A stretch of 21,264 bases of DNA, from the NCBI GenBank assembly GCA_043753995.1, contig JAYUVP010000122.1:1-21264 (forward strand), written 5' to 3'. Below, piece after piece: positions 1 through 8,990 of the stretch (position 1 is its first letter; each line of letters starts with the position of its first letter). The translations under genes and the position numbers were made by a program. The DNA is from Fibrobacterota bacterium. GTDB lineage: Bacteria > Fibrobacterota > Fibrobacteria > UBA11236. The notes below the pieces were generated by a model. The model ran no database searches. It was not told the origin of the DNA and worked only from the letters and a program-made list of their open reading frames with translations.

Positions 1-1251
1 CTCTTCCTAATTCCCCTCCCCCTACAGGCTTACACTGCTCATGAATGGGGAACCTTCACGACTCTGGTCAATAGCCGGGGAGAAAGGCTAAGCGGACTAT
101 TTCTCGAAAATGAAACCCTACCCGCTTTTGTGGACAGCTTGCCCTTTTACTATCCGCCGGCGGACAAACCAAAACCCGATCTCAAACATTTATCCGGCGT
201 GACAACTAAAATGGAAACGCCCATCCTGTATTTTTATTCCGACAGCGCTTTTCAGGCCCAAGTTAAAATCGGGTTTCGAGGTGGGGCCATCACCCAATGG
301 TATCCCCAGCGAGATAGTGGCGACCGAAATCCAGATACCAGCGGTATTGATTTTCTAAAACGAGCCTCCCCCTACCATGGCCATATCCATTGGTCATTGC
401 GAGTCTTGGCTCCTACAAGCTCCGAGCGTGTCACTCATTCAAATGTCGGCGGGGATTGGGAAACGGTTCGAGGAACGAATTCCAATCTGGTACAAACCGG
501 GGATGGAGAGGTTGAAAAATTCCTTTTTTATCGCGGCCTAGGAAATGTGGACTTGCCGATATCCATGTCGATGCCGACTCAGGATTCATTCACGATTTCA
601 AATCATTTTTCCCAAGACATTCCTTATGTTCTCGTGCTTGATCTGATTTCAAGGAAAGACACCTTACAGCCCTTCGGTGTCTGGTGGCAAGGTCGTTTAA
701 ATGCTGGACAATCCCTAGGTCTCCATCGTCCGGAAAAAGCTCCGGATTCGCTCTTTCAAGCCCTCAAGACTTTTGAGAAGGCTCTTGTACAAGCCGGGCT
801 ATCTCAAGTCGAAGCCACTACCATGCTTCTGAAATGGAATTACAACTATTTTCAAATACCCGGTTTCAAGGTTTTTTGGGTATTGCCCCGCAGTTTAACG
901 GATTCTATTCTGCCCATGCAAATCAGTCCCCATCCCGATACATTGGAACGTGTTTTGATTGGGCGAAGCGAAATTCTACCCCCGAGCTTCGAGGCGAAAT
1001 TGCGACAAGCTCGCGATCAGGGGATACTTGCGAGTTACCAGCAAGATCGATTCTATCTGGCCTACCTTGATTATTTGTCAAAGAGTCAAATAAATGGCTT
1101 GCCTATTCTCACCCCCGATGTCCCCCGCGCACGGACCCCGGGCCGACTGCGACCCGGCCATTTGTCGCAGTTCGGCCCGAGAGAATATCACACCGCCAAT
1201 TCCGGGAATTATTTCTTTCCCTGGAGCCTTTTAGGAATTAGACCTCGGTGA
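1..1251 (+). CDS. Conserved hypothetical, probably secreted protein (5'-truncated by window edge)
   Basis: Frame of ORF 130..1251 is open back to position 1 (LFLIPLPLQAYTAHEWGTFTTLVNSRGERLSGL...), so GTG130 is not the true start. Motifs HEWGTFT, KMETPILYFY, GGAITQWYP and EKFLFYRGLG match an uncharacterised family I recognise. The hydrophobic LFLIPLPLQA stretch resembles a signal-peptide end. Confidence 0.8.
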   Translation, partial: LFLIPLPLQAYTAHEWGTFTTLVNSRGERLSGLFLENETLPAFVDSLPFYYPPADKPKPDLKHLSGVTTKMETPILYFYSDSAFQAQVKIGFRGGAITQWYPQRDSGDRNPDTSGIDFLKRASPYHGHIHWSLRVLAPTSSERVTHSNVGGDWETVRGTNSNLVQTGDGEVEKFLFYRGLGNVDLPISMSMPTQDSFTISNHFSQDIPYVLVLDLISRKDTLQPFGVWWQGRLNAGQSLGLHRPEKAPDSLFQALKTFEKALVQAGLSQVEATTMLLKWNYNYFQIPGFKVFWVLPRSLTDSILPMQISPHPDTLERVLIGRSEILPPSFEAKLRQARDQGILASYQQDRFYLAYLDYLSKSQINGLPILTPDVPRARTPGRLRPGHLSQFGPREYHTANSGNYFFPWSLLGIRPR

Positions 1252-3910
1252 ATTCGGCATCCTCGACATCGGCTCCCTCCGGACCGGACCTGCCTGCGTC
1301 CGCACCCTGACGGCCATTGAAAAGAAAATCTCCGTCGCGGAAATCCACCTTGAGATGATCCCCCGCTTTGAGTCCTCCTGTTAGAATGAGCCGCGATAGA
1401 GGATTTTCCAGACGCGTCTGCAAAAAGCGATTAATGGGCCTCGCGCCGAATTGTGGATCGTAACTGAGCTCGGCGATGGCTCGAGAAGCCACGTCGGTGA
1501 TTTCGCCGGTAATTCCCCGCTCGCGCAGGCGACCCTGCAAATCGCGGAATCGTAGCTTGGCCACTCTGGCCAATTGATCGCGAGTCAGCGGCTCAAAGGC
1601 AAGAATCTCGTCGATGCGATTGATGAATTCAATGCGGAAGAATTTCTTCAGTTCCGGCATGAGAGCAGCCACCGCCACAGGGCCGGAATGGCCACCCGCA
1701 CTGCCTTCCCCGGCAAATAAATGAGAACCCAAATTGCTGGTCATCACTAAAATGGTATTGCGAAAATTCACCGTGCGACCTTGGGAATCTGACAGACGGC
1801 CTTCATCCAGCACTTGCAGCAACATATTGAAAACATCGGGATGCGCCTTCTCGACTTCGTCGAAAAGCACCACGCTATAAGGCTGACGTCGTACGGCTTC
1901 GGTGAGTTGTCCGCCTTCCTCGTAGCCTACATAACCCGGAGGCGCGCCGATGAGTTTGGAAACGGCATGCTTTTCCATGTATTCGCTCATGTCCAGACGA
2001 ATCACGCGCTCATCGCTGTCGAAAAGGAATTCAGCCACGGCCTTGGTCAGCTCGGTTTTACCCACGCCGGTAGGACCGAGAAAAAGGAAGCTGCCGATGG
2101 GTCGGTTTTCTCGTCCCAGGCCGGAGCGATTGCGCAATATGGCATCGGAGACGGCGGCAATGGCGGCCTTTTGGCCTATGACACGCTGGGCCAAATGCTC
2201 AGGCAATTGCAAGAGCTTGTCGCGCTCGGTTTCCTTTAGGCGCTTCACGGGTATGCCGGTCCAACGCGAAACCACTTCGGCAATTTCGTCCTCAGTCACC
2301 TCTTCGTGAAATTGGGTAGCTCCCACGCGCGCTTGCGCGGCAGCCATTTGTGCTAAATCCAGATTGCGCTCGGCTTCCCGCAGGGTCTTGTACTTGAGCT
2401 CGGCCGCTTTATTCAAGTCATAATCCGTTTCCGCTTGCTCAATGGCCTTACGAATACGATCGACTTCGGTTTGCGCCGAGCGAACTTTCTCGATTTGCTT
2501 TTGTCTCGCGTCCCATTGCGCATGCATGGTCGAGGACTTTTCGCGTAATTCAGTGATTTCGCCTTGCAGCTCGCCTAACCGCTCCTTGCTTTTCTCATCT
2601 TTTTCGCCCTTGAGCGCCTTCTCCTCGATTTGATATTGCAAGAGTTTACGAGACACGGAATCCAATTCCTCGGGCATGGTGTCGAGCTGGGTTTTGACCA
2701 TGGCCGCCGCTTCATCCATAAGGTCGATGGCCTTATCGGGTAAAAAGCGATCGCTAATATATCGAGAACTCAGCTTCACGGCAGCGACAATCGCGCCGTC
2801 TTGAATGCGTACACCATGATGGCGATCAAAGCGCTCCTTGATACCGCGCAAAATGGATACGCTTTCCTCCGCGCCGGGTTCGGCCACCATGACAGGCTGG
2901 AAGCGTCGCTCCAGGGCGGCATCCTTTTCGATGTGCTGTCGGTATTCGTTCAAGGTGGTGGCGCCAATGCAATGCAATTCTCCGCGCGCCAATTTCGGCT
3001 TAAGCAAATTTCCTGCATCCATGGCGCCGTCGGCTTTTCCGGCTCCGACTATGGTGTGCAATTCGTCGATGAATAGCAAAGTGTTTTGATCGGCTGCGAG
3101 CGCTTGCAACACCGCTTTAAGGCGCTCTTCGAATTCCCCGCGGTACTTGGCCCCCGCGATCAATGCTCCTAAGTCCAGGCTATAGAGCTTCTTGCCTTTG
3201 AGTGATTCGGGGACATCGCCTTTCACGATACGATGTGCCAAGCCTTCGACAATAGCGGTTTTGCCTACGCCTGGCTCGCCGACAAGCACGGGATTATTCT
3301 TTGTCTTGCGCGAAAGGATACGCACCACCCTGCGAATTTCCTCCTCGCGGCCAATGACCGGATCGAGCTTGCCTTCGCGGGCCAAGGCCACCATTTCTTG
3401 GCCATACTTTTCCAGCACATTGTACTGATTCTCGGCATTTTCACCGTGAGCCCCGGGGGCTTCGCCTTCTCCGCCGCGATTACGATTTTTCATGATGGCG
3501 TCCTTAAGGGTTTGGAAAGTGAGTCGGTGTTTGGACCACAAAGCTTTCAATTCGGGCATTTCACTTTTTGCGACCAATGAAAGCAAGAGATGCTCTACCG
3601 TCACCGCCGTGTCACCCATGTCCTTCGCTATCGGTGAAGCGCCGCGCAACACTTTATGCAAATCGGAGGCAACATGATCTTCTTGGGTGCCCTGCACCTT
3701 CGGCAATTTTGCAAGGGCCGTGTCTAACCCCTCAAGCAGGGGTATTGCTTGGGCGCCCGAATCGGTAATACTGGGTTCGAGCATTTCATAAGCCGTACGC
3801 AAAACGCCTACCGCCAAATGCAAGGACGTCAGCTCCGGATGACGTCCTTCATCCTTAAGCGATTGGGCCTTTTGCAATGCCGTTTGGGATAGACGTGTGA
3901 AATCGTTCAT
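1238..3910 (-). CDS. clpB: ATP-dependent disaggregase ClpB
   Basis: 890 aa. Clp N-domain, NBD1 ([28 protein letters not shown]), coiled-coil M domain ([11 protein letters not shown]) and NBD2 ([33 protein letters not shown]). Confidence 0.97.
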   Translation of the reverse strand: MNDFTRLSQTALQKAQSLKDEGRHPELTSLHLAVGVLRTAYEMLEPSITDSGAQAIPLLEGLDTALAKLPKVQGTQEDHVASDLHKVLRGASPIAKDMGDTAVTVEHLLLSLVAKSEMPELKALWSKHRLTFQTLKDAIMKNRNRGGEGEAPGAHGENAENQYNVLEKYGQEMVALAREGKLDPVIGREEEIRRVVRILSRKTKNNPVLVGEPGVGKTAIVEGLAHRIVKGDVPESLKGKKLYSLDLGALIAGAKYRGEFEERLKAVLQALAADQNTLLFIDELHTIVGAGKADGAMDAGNLLKPKLARGELHCIGATTLNEYRQHIEKDAALERRFQPVMVAEPGAEESVSILRGIKERFDRHHGVRIQDGAIVAAVKLSSRYISDRFLPDKAIDLMDEAAAMVKTQLDTMPEELDSVSRKLLQYQIEEKALKGEKDEKSKERLGELQGEITELREKSSTMHAQWDARQKQIEKVRSAQTEVDRIRKAIEQAETDYDLNKAAELKYKTLREAERNLDLAQMAAAQARVGATQFHEEVTEDEIAEVVSRWTGIPVKRLKETERDKLLQLPEHLAQRVIGQKAAIAAVSDAILRNRSGLGRENRPIGSFLFLGPTGVGKTELTKAVAEFLFDSDERVIRLDMSEYMEKHAVSKLIGAPPGYVGYEEGGQLTEAVRRQPYSVVLFDEVEKAHPDVFNMLLQVLDEGRLSDSQGRTVNFRNTILVMTSNLGSHLFAGEGSAGGHSGPVAVAALMPELKKFFRIEFINRIDEILAFEPLTRDQLARVAKLRFRDLQGRLRERGITGEITDVASRAIAELSYDPQFGARPINRFLQTRLENPLSRLILTGGLKAGDHLKVDFRDGDFLFNGRQGADAGRSGPEGADVEDAEFTEV

Positions 3911-3922
3911 GACTCTGGAAAA

Positions 3923-3938
3923 AGCAAAGGCAGTGCCG
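3923..3938 (-). promoter_or_regulatory. Sigma-54 (-24/-12) promoter of clpB
   Basis: Minus strand reads CGGCAC-TGCCT-TTGCT versus consensus TGGCAC-N5-TTGCW, immediately upstream of the clpB ATG. Confidence 0.7.
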
Positions 3939-4013
3939 AGTCAAAGGAGAAACAGTTCCGACATTTAGGGCTTATTACCTAGTGGAAACAACACTTTTAC
4001 GAGCTTATCGGTT

Positions 4014-4064
4014 TCAGCCTGGCACAGGTGTTTCATCCCTCGTGCCAAACTGACTCGATGTCAG
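4014..4064. promoter_or_regulatory. Overlapping inverted repeats, candidate enhancer/operator sites
   Basis: TCAGccTGGCAC-N16-GTGCCAaaCTGA (4014-4053) and CTGAC-tcgat-GTCAG (4050-4064), about 75-125 bp upstream of the clpB sigma-54 motif. Confidence 0.35.
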
Positions 4065-4336
4065 GTAACCAATCTCCCGTCGATCGACGCGGAGCCGAAG
4101 CCCCCCTGAAGAAGCATGCCAAACCCCATCTTTGCAAGCGATTCTGGTTCGGGAATGGTCGCAGGCCCCACCCCATTGTGACTTGAATCTCATCGGCTCA
4201 AGCTTGGGCACGGTACTTCGGCAATTTTTTCCCCTTACTGGCTTTTTTTTCCAGGTAATTTTCTCCACGTCCGAGACCTGGTTCTTTTTTTCGAGCCAAT
4301 TGGGCCCTATTCTGAGTAAGAGTTTTCATCCAGGAC

Positions 4337-4352
4337 TGGCCTGTGCCTTGCT
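4337..4352 (+). promoter_or_regulatory. Sigma-54 (-24/-12) promoter of flgB
   Basis: TGGCCT-GTGCC-TTGCT with correct GG-N10-GC spacing. flgB operons are sigma-54-dependent in many bacteria (e.g. Vibrio, Pseudomonas, Campylobacter). Confidence 0.7.
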
Positions 4353-4364
4353 TGATACCACCTC

Positions 4365-4784
4365 ATGGACATACGCAATTACCTGTTCACCTCGACAACT
4401 CGACAAACCTTATATAAAAGCCTGGATGCAGGAACCTTGCGGTCCAAGGTCTTGGCCGAGAATATTGCCAATGTGAACACACCCGGTTATCAACGCAAGG
4501 AAGTCGCCTTTGAGGAGGATTTGCGTAAAGCCCTGGAAAAGAAATTACCCGGCGACACACGTCAAAGCGATCATTTGGCCATCGAAAAAGGCATTGACCT
4601 ATCCAAGGTCCAGCCTGAGGTTTTCACCCCCATCGATCCCACTCAACCCGGCGAAATCAACAATGTCGACATTGATATGGAAATGAGCAAATTGGCGGAA
4701 AATCAAATTCTCTACAATTTCGCCGTTAAATTTACCGGCTTTGATAAATACAATGCCGCCATTTCGGGTACCGCGGCACAATAG
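4365..4784 (+). CDS. flgB: Flagellar basal-body rod protein FlgB
   Basis: 139 aa with LRSKVLAENIANVNTPGYQRKEV (ANNIAN-TPGY rod motif) and NNVDIDMEMSKLAENQILY. Confidence 0.95.
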   Translation: MDIRNYLFTSTTRQTLYKSLDAGTLRSKVLAENIANVNTPGYQRKEVAFEEDLRKALEKKLPGDTRQSDHLAIEKGIDLSKVQPEVFTPIDPTQPGEINNVDIDMEMSKLAENQILYNFAVKFTGFDKYNAAISGTAAQ

Positions 4785-4804
4785 TCGAAATGAGAGAAAG
4801 TGTG

Positions 4805-4846
4805 AGAGAGCAAGAGTCCTTACCCTAAACCGACTTGCTTCTCTCT
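4805..4846. terminator. Imperfect hairpin between convergent genes
   Basis: AGAGAGCAAGAGTC ... GACTTGCTTCTCTCT imperfect stem. No clean U tract. Confidence 0.3.
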
Positions 4847-4857
4847 GGGTCGCGCCC

Positions 4858-5667
4858 TCATGTCGCGAATAAATGCTGGAGCATGTTCAAATCTTTTTCC
4901 ACGGCGTCGAAAAGATCCAATACATCCTCGGTTTTGGTATCTACACCTTCCGTCGTTTCCAAAATCCAAGGCCCTATGAATTCCAGTTTACGCGCCATGT
5001 TCATGATTTTTTTACAGGGCTCGACCTGATCGATGAGGCCGAGGAAATCCTTGCCTTGCTTTGCCCGTATACCGAAATGCGAAACTGCACCCGGTTTGAT
5101 TGCAAAGGCAGCCTCGATATCCTCCACCTTCATTTCTAAGGGACGCAAGGAAAGGCTGACCCGGGAAGCATCGAGCGTAGCGAATACCAGGGCAGCCTCT
5201 TCGGGGCGATAGGGATAAAGCTGGCACTCGTATACCTGTTGAATATCGCGACCGATATCACGCAAGACCTTGCTTGCTGTTTCCAACCGACCCGGTAATT
5301 TGGCGAGAAAGCCATCGGCGGTCAAAGGCTCGCCTACATGAAAGCGCAGGGTTTTAGGGCGGAAAAAATCGCAGGCATCTAGCAAGGCTTCCCGTTGCCG
5401 ACGACCCTTGTCGCCCAAATCCGTGGGGACTTGGGCATAAATCATGGAAATCTCGGCTTGGCGATCATTGGCCTCAGCCTTAATGGCCTCCCAGTCGGAG
5501 CGTGAGGCAAAGGCAAGATGCGGCATCCAAAGCTCGAAACCGTTGAAGCCGCTTTCAGCTATCGGTTCAAGCCACTCGACGACGTTCAAGGAAGGGCCTT
5601 TGCCATTCCAACGGTTTTTCTCTAGCAAAAAGGAAGACAGATAGATGGGCGAACTGGCATATGGCAT
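4858..5667 (-). CDS. Xylose isomerase-like/AP endonuclease 2 TIM-barrel family protein (divergent)
   Basis: 269 aa. N-terminal WLEPIAESGFNGFELW and C-terminal FIGPWILE are typical of the sugar phosphate isomerase/epimerase TIM-barrel family. Confidence 0.65.
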   Translation of the reverse strand: MPYASSPIYLSSFLLEKNRWNGKGPSLNVVEWLEPIAESGFNGFELWMPHLAFASRSDWEAIKAEANDRQAEISMIYAQVPTDLGDKGRRQREALLDACDFFRPKTLRFHVGEPLTADGFLAKLPGRLETASKVLRDIGRDIQQVYECQLYPYRPEEAALVFATLDASRVSLSLRPLEMKVEDIEAAFAIKPGAVSHFGIRAKQGKDFLGLIDQVEPCKKIMNMARKLEFIGPWILETTEGVDTKTEDVLDLFDAVEKDLNMLQHLFAT

Positions 5668-5847
5668 GTAGGGGCTAATAATTACAAATTAGGCCGCATT
5701 ATTCCGGGAGAAATACTATTCATACTTAACGACTAGGTTTACTGGAATACCAGCCTCCTTTCGGGTGTTCCAATGCTGATTCCAGGCAATAAAAACAAGG
5801 GTTTTAGATAAATTTCCTCGGCAACCCTTTAACCGACAAACTTACTA

Positions 5848-5856
5848 TGCTAAACT
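5848..5856 (+). promoter_or_regulatory. Extended -10 promoter element for cysD
   Basis: TG-C-TAAACT, ending 31 nt upstream of the cysD ATG. Confidence 0.4.
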
Positions 5857-5887
5857 TTCCCCTCCATCTTCCGGAAAGTGTCCCACC

Positions 5888-6769
5888 ATGGACCACCTTG
5901 AAGCGCTCGAGAATCAGAGCATTTACATCTTGCGCGAGGCCTATGCCAATTTCAAGAACTTGGCCATGCTTTGGTCCATAGGCAAGGACAGCACGGTCTT
6001 ATTGTGGCTAGCCCGCAAAGCCTTTTTCGGCCATGTGCCTATCACTCTTGTGCATATCGACACTTCATTCAAGATTCCCGCCATGATCAGCTATCGCGAT
6101 CGACTCGCCATGGAATGGAATCTCAACTTGGTCTTCGGGCAAAACAAGGATGCCTTGGCCCGTAAAGAGACCTATCCCGACGGCGCCATTACCCGCCTGC
6201 AATGCTGCAAGGCCCTGAAAACCGACGCCCTGAAGAAAACCTTGTCCGGCGAATGGCCCCGTTGGCGCGTCAATACCAAAACCGGTGCCTATGAAGAAGA
6301 CCGCGATCACGAACCCTATACGGGCGTGATCGTCGGCGCACGCGCCGATGAAGAGGGTTCGCGCAGCAAGGAACGCTATTTCTCGCCGCGCGACAAAACC
6401 GGCGAATGGGATGTGGGTGACCAGCCTCCCGAGCTTTGGAATCAATTCAAAACCGATTTCGCCCCGGGCACTCATATCCGCGTGCACCCCTTGCTCGACT
6501 GGACCGAGCTCAATATTTGGGAATATATCCTGCGCGAAAACATTCCCATCATCGACTTGTATTTCGATCAAGGCACGGGCAAACGCTATCGCAGCTTAGG
6601 TTGCGGCCCTTGCACCACGCCGGTGGATTCCACGGCCAAGAATGTGGCCGAAATCGTGGCAGAACTCAAAACCGGTAAGTTCGCCAATGTGGCCGAACGC
6701 AGTGGCCGGGCCCAGGACAAAGAAGATGGCGGCGGGCTCGAAACCCTGCGCCGTGACGGATACATGTGA
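5888..6769 (+). CDS. cysD: Sulfate adenylyltransferase subunit 2
   Basis: [20 protein letters not shown]-loop [45 protein letters not shown], terminal GYM. Confidence 0.96.
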   Translation: MDHLEALENQSIYILREAYANFKNLAMLWSIGKDSTVLLWLARKAFFGHVPITLVHIDTSFKIPAMISYRDRLAMEWNLNLVFGQNKDALARKETYPDGAITRLQCCKALKTDALKKTLSGEWPRWRVNTKTGAYEEDRDHEPYTGVIVGARADEEGSRSKERYFSPRDKTGEWDVGDQPPELWNQFKTDFAPGTHIRVHPLLDWTELNIWEYILRENIPIIDLYFDQGTGKRYRSLGCGPCTTPVDSTAKNVAEIVAELKTGKFANVAERSGRAQDKEDGGGLETLRRDGYM

Positions 6770-6776
6770 AAGGCCG

Positions 6777-8765
6777 ATGATGACAGCCTCGACTTCGGGA
6801 AGCGGCGCGCCGCAGGCCCCCAGCAATATTCTCGGCTCTACCATGGATCACCGCGCCACCGGCGGCCATTTATTGGCCGATCTCGGACGCGTGCGCATGG
6901 CCATAGTCATTGTCGGCCATGTCGATCACGGCAAGAGCACCGTGGTGGGTCGCATGCTCGCCGACTCGGGTTCCTTGCCTGAAGGCAAACTCGAGCAAAT
7001 CCAAGCCTATTGCAAACGCAATAGCCGCCCTTTCGAATACGCTTTTTTGCTCGACGCCCTCAAGGACGAGCAAGCCCAGGGCATCACCATTGATACCGCC
7101 CGCACCTTTTTCAAAAGTGCGACACGCGATTATGTCATCATCGACGCTCCCGGCCACATTGAATTCCTGAAAAACATGGTTTCCGGTGCCGCCCGCGCCG
7201 AGGCGGCCGTGCTGGTCATCGACGCCAAAGAAGGCATTCAAGAAAACAGCAAAAGGCATGGTTATTTGTTGTCCATGTTGGGCATCAAGCAAATCACGGT
7301 AGCCGTCAATAAGATGGATCTCGTGAATTACGATCGCAATGTCTTCGAGGACATTCGCGACGAATACATGGCCTTCTTGGCGCGTATAGGCATCACGCCC
7401 CGCTTTTTCGTTCCCCTCGCCGCCTTTCACGGCGAAAACATGGTACGCGCTTCGGAGAAAATGCCTTGGTATAAAGGCCCCGACTTGCTTTCAGCCATTG
7501 ACCGCTTCGAAAAAGCCCCGCCCAAAGAGGGTCAGGCTTTCCGCATGCCCCTGCAAGACGTTTACAAGTTCACGGCCTCCGGCGACGATCGCCGCATTTT
7601 CGCCGGTCGCGTCGAATCGGGCAAGGTTCGCATAGGCGATGAAGTGGTATTCCAGCCTTCGGGAAAACGCAGCCGCGTGCGCAGCCTGGAAGGCTTCAAT
7701 GTTCCCGCCCAAAGCGAAGTAGGTGCTGGCCAAAGCGCGGGACTCCAGCTCGACACCCAGATTTATGTGAATCGCGGCGAAATCCTTTGCCGTGCCGACG
7801 AAGTGCAGCCTCATGTCGCGCGACGTCTACGCGCCAATCTCTTTTGGATGGGCAAGCGCCCCTTCGAAGAGGGCCGCTCCTATTTTCTTAAGCTAGGCTC
7901 AGCCAAGGTACCGGTTCGGCTCGGTGGCATTAATGTGCTCATCGACGCATCGGAAACCCAAGGCGCGCAAACCAAAACCCGAGTCGAGCGGCACGATGTC
8001 GCCGACGTGATTTTGGAATTGCAAAAGCCCTTGGCTTGCGATCGTACCGAATTACTCGAAGGCACGGGACGTTTCGTCATCGTCGACCAATACGAAATCG
8101 CCGGTGGCGGTATTGTACGCGAAGCCTTGGCCGATGCCCCAGTCGCGGATTTACCCGCAGCGGATATCGCCGTCGCTCCGAACAACTTGTATGTGCATCC
8201 CGTTAGCGTCGATCGCGCCGCGCGCGCGCGCATTACGGGTCAGCGCAGTGCCGTATTGTGGTTTACCGGTTTATCCGGCAGCGGAAAATCCACCATTGCC
8301 AATGCCCTGGAGCGCAAGCTCAATGAGGCTGGCATGCTATCCTATTTGTTGGACGGTGACGGCGTGCGCACCGGTTTATGCCAAGACCTGGGATTCTCCA
8401 CCGAGGATCGCCGAGAAAACATTCGCCGCATTTCCCATGTTGCCCGGCTTTTCTGGGACGCCAATGTGATGACCTTGGTTTCCTTCATTTCTCCTTTTAA
8501 GGTCGAACGCGAGCAAGCCAAGGCCTTGGTGGGCGAAGACTTCATCGAAGTCTTTATCGACGCTCCTCTCGAAGTCTGTGAAAGCCGCGATCCCAAGGGC
8601 TTATATCAGAAGGCACGCAAGGGCGAAATTCCGGAATTCACGGGTATCAGTTCGCCTTATGAACCGCCCGTCCGTCCCGACATACATGTCAAAACCGAAG
8701 GCTTAGACGTAACTGCTTGCGTAGAAGTCATTCTCGACGGCCTGCGCGAACGGAGATATCTCTGA
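6777..8765 (+). CDS. cysNC: Bifunctional sulfate adenylyltransferase subunit 1 / APS kinase (CysN/CysC, NodQ-like)
   Basis: GTPase motifs [23 protein letters not shown] and NKMD. C-terminal APS kinase [35 protein letters not shown]. Start placed after the cysD stop (ATG 6777 or 6780; 6843 also possible) rather than at 6642. Confidence 0.94.
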   Translation: MMTASTSGSGAPQAPSNILGSTMDHRATGGHLLADLGRVRMAIVIVGHVDHGKSTVVGRMLADSGSLPEGKLEQIQAYCKRNSRPFEYAFLLDALKDEQAQGITIDTARTFFKSATRDYVIIDAPGHIEFLKNMVSGAARAEAAVLVIDAKEGIQENSKRHGYLLSMLGIKQITVAVNKMDLVNYDRNVFEDIRDEYMAFLARIGITPRFFVPLAAFHGENMVRASEKMPWYKGPDLLSAIDRFEKAPPKEGQAFRMPLQDVYKFTASGDDRRIFAGRVESGKVRIGDEVVFQPSGKRSRVRSLEGFNVPAQSEVGAGQSAGLQLDTQIYVNRGEILCRADEVQPHVARRLRANLFWMGKRPFEEGRSYFLKLGSAKVPVRLGGINVLIDASETQGAQTKTRVERHDVADVILELQKPLACDRTELLEGTGRFVIVDQYEIAGGGIVREALADAPVADLPAADIAVAPNNLYVHPVSVDRAARARITGQRSAVLWFTGLSGSGKSTIANALERKLNEAGMLSYLLDGDGVRTGLCQDLGFSTEDRRENIRRISHVARLFWDANVMTLVSFISPFKVEREQAKALVGEDFIEVFIDAPLEVCESRDPKGLYQKARKGEIPEFTGISSPYEPPVRPDIHVKTEGLDVTACVEVILDGLRERRYL

Positions 8766-8767
8766 AT

Positions 8768-8810
8768 CGAGCCTATCCCACCTCCTAGATCGGGGTGGCT
8801 CGTTTTTCTT
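8768..8810 (+). terminator. Probable intrinsic terminator after cysNC
   Basis: CGAGCC...GGCTCG stem followed by TTTTTCTT. Confidence 0.5.
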
Positions 8811-8990
8811 CGTTGCTTGAATTGTTTTTGACCGAAATACATTTGGTTATGCCGTTTTTCTGAACATATTGCGGCATATTTAAAATCTGAAACACGATTG
8901 AAATATTTATTTGTCACGACATTTTGAATTTCCGCCCGCTAAAATCTGGGTCAAATCAACCTGTAATCCCAGGTTTTCGAGGAAATCAGA

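Noticed and set aside
3939..3945. AGTCAAA, CtsR-like heptad near clpB
   Set aside because: Single copy only; CtsR sites are tandem repeats.
4014..4476. ORFs 4014..4268 (-) and 4132..4476 (+)
   Set aside because: No recognisable motifs. They cross the regulatory region or overlap flgB out of frame; likely spurious.
5668..5887. SAM riboswitch upstream of cysD
   Set aside because: No SAM-I core (AUC...GAU P1, kink-turn) recognised. The hairpins lie upstream of the predicted -10.
6642..6776. N-terminal extension of the cysNC ORF
   Set aside because: Overlaps cysD by over 120 nt. ATGs at 6777/6780 follow the cysD stop.
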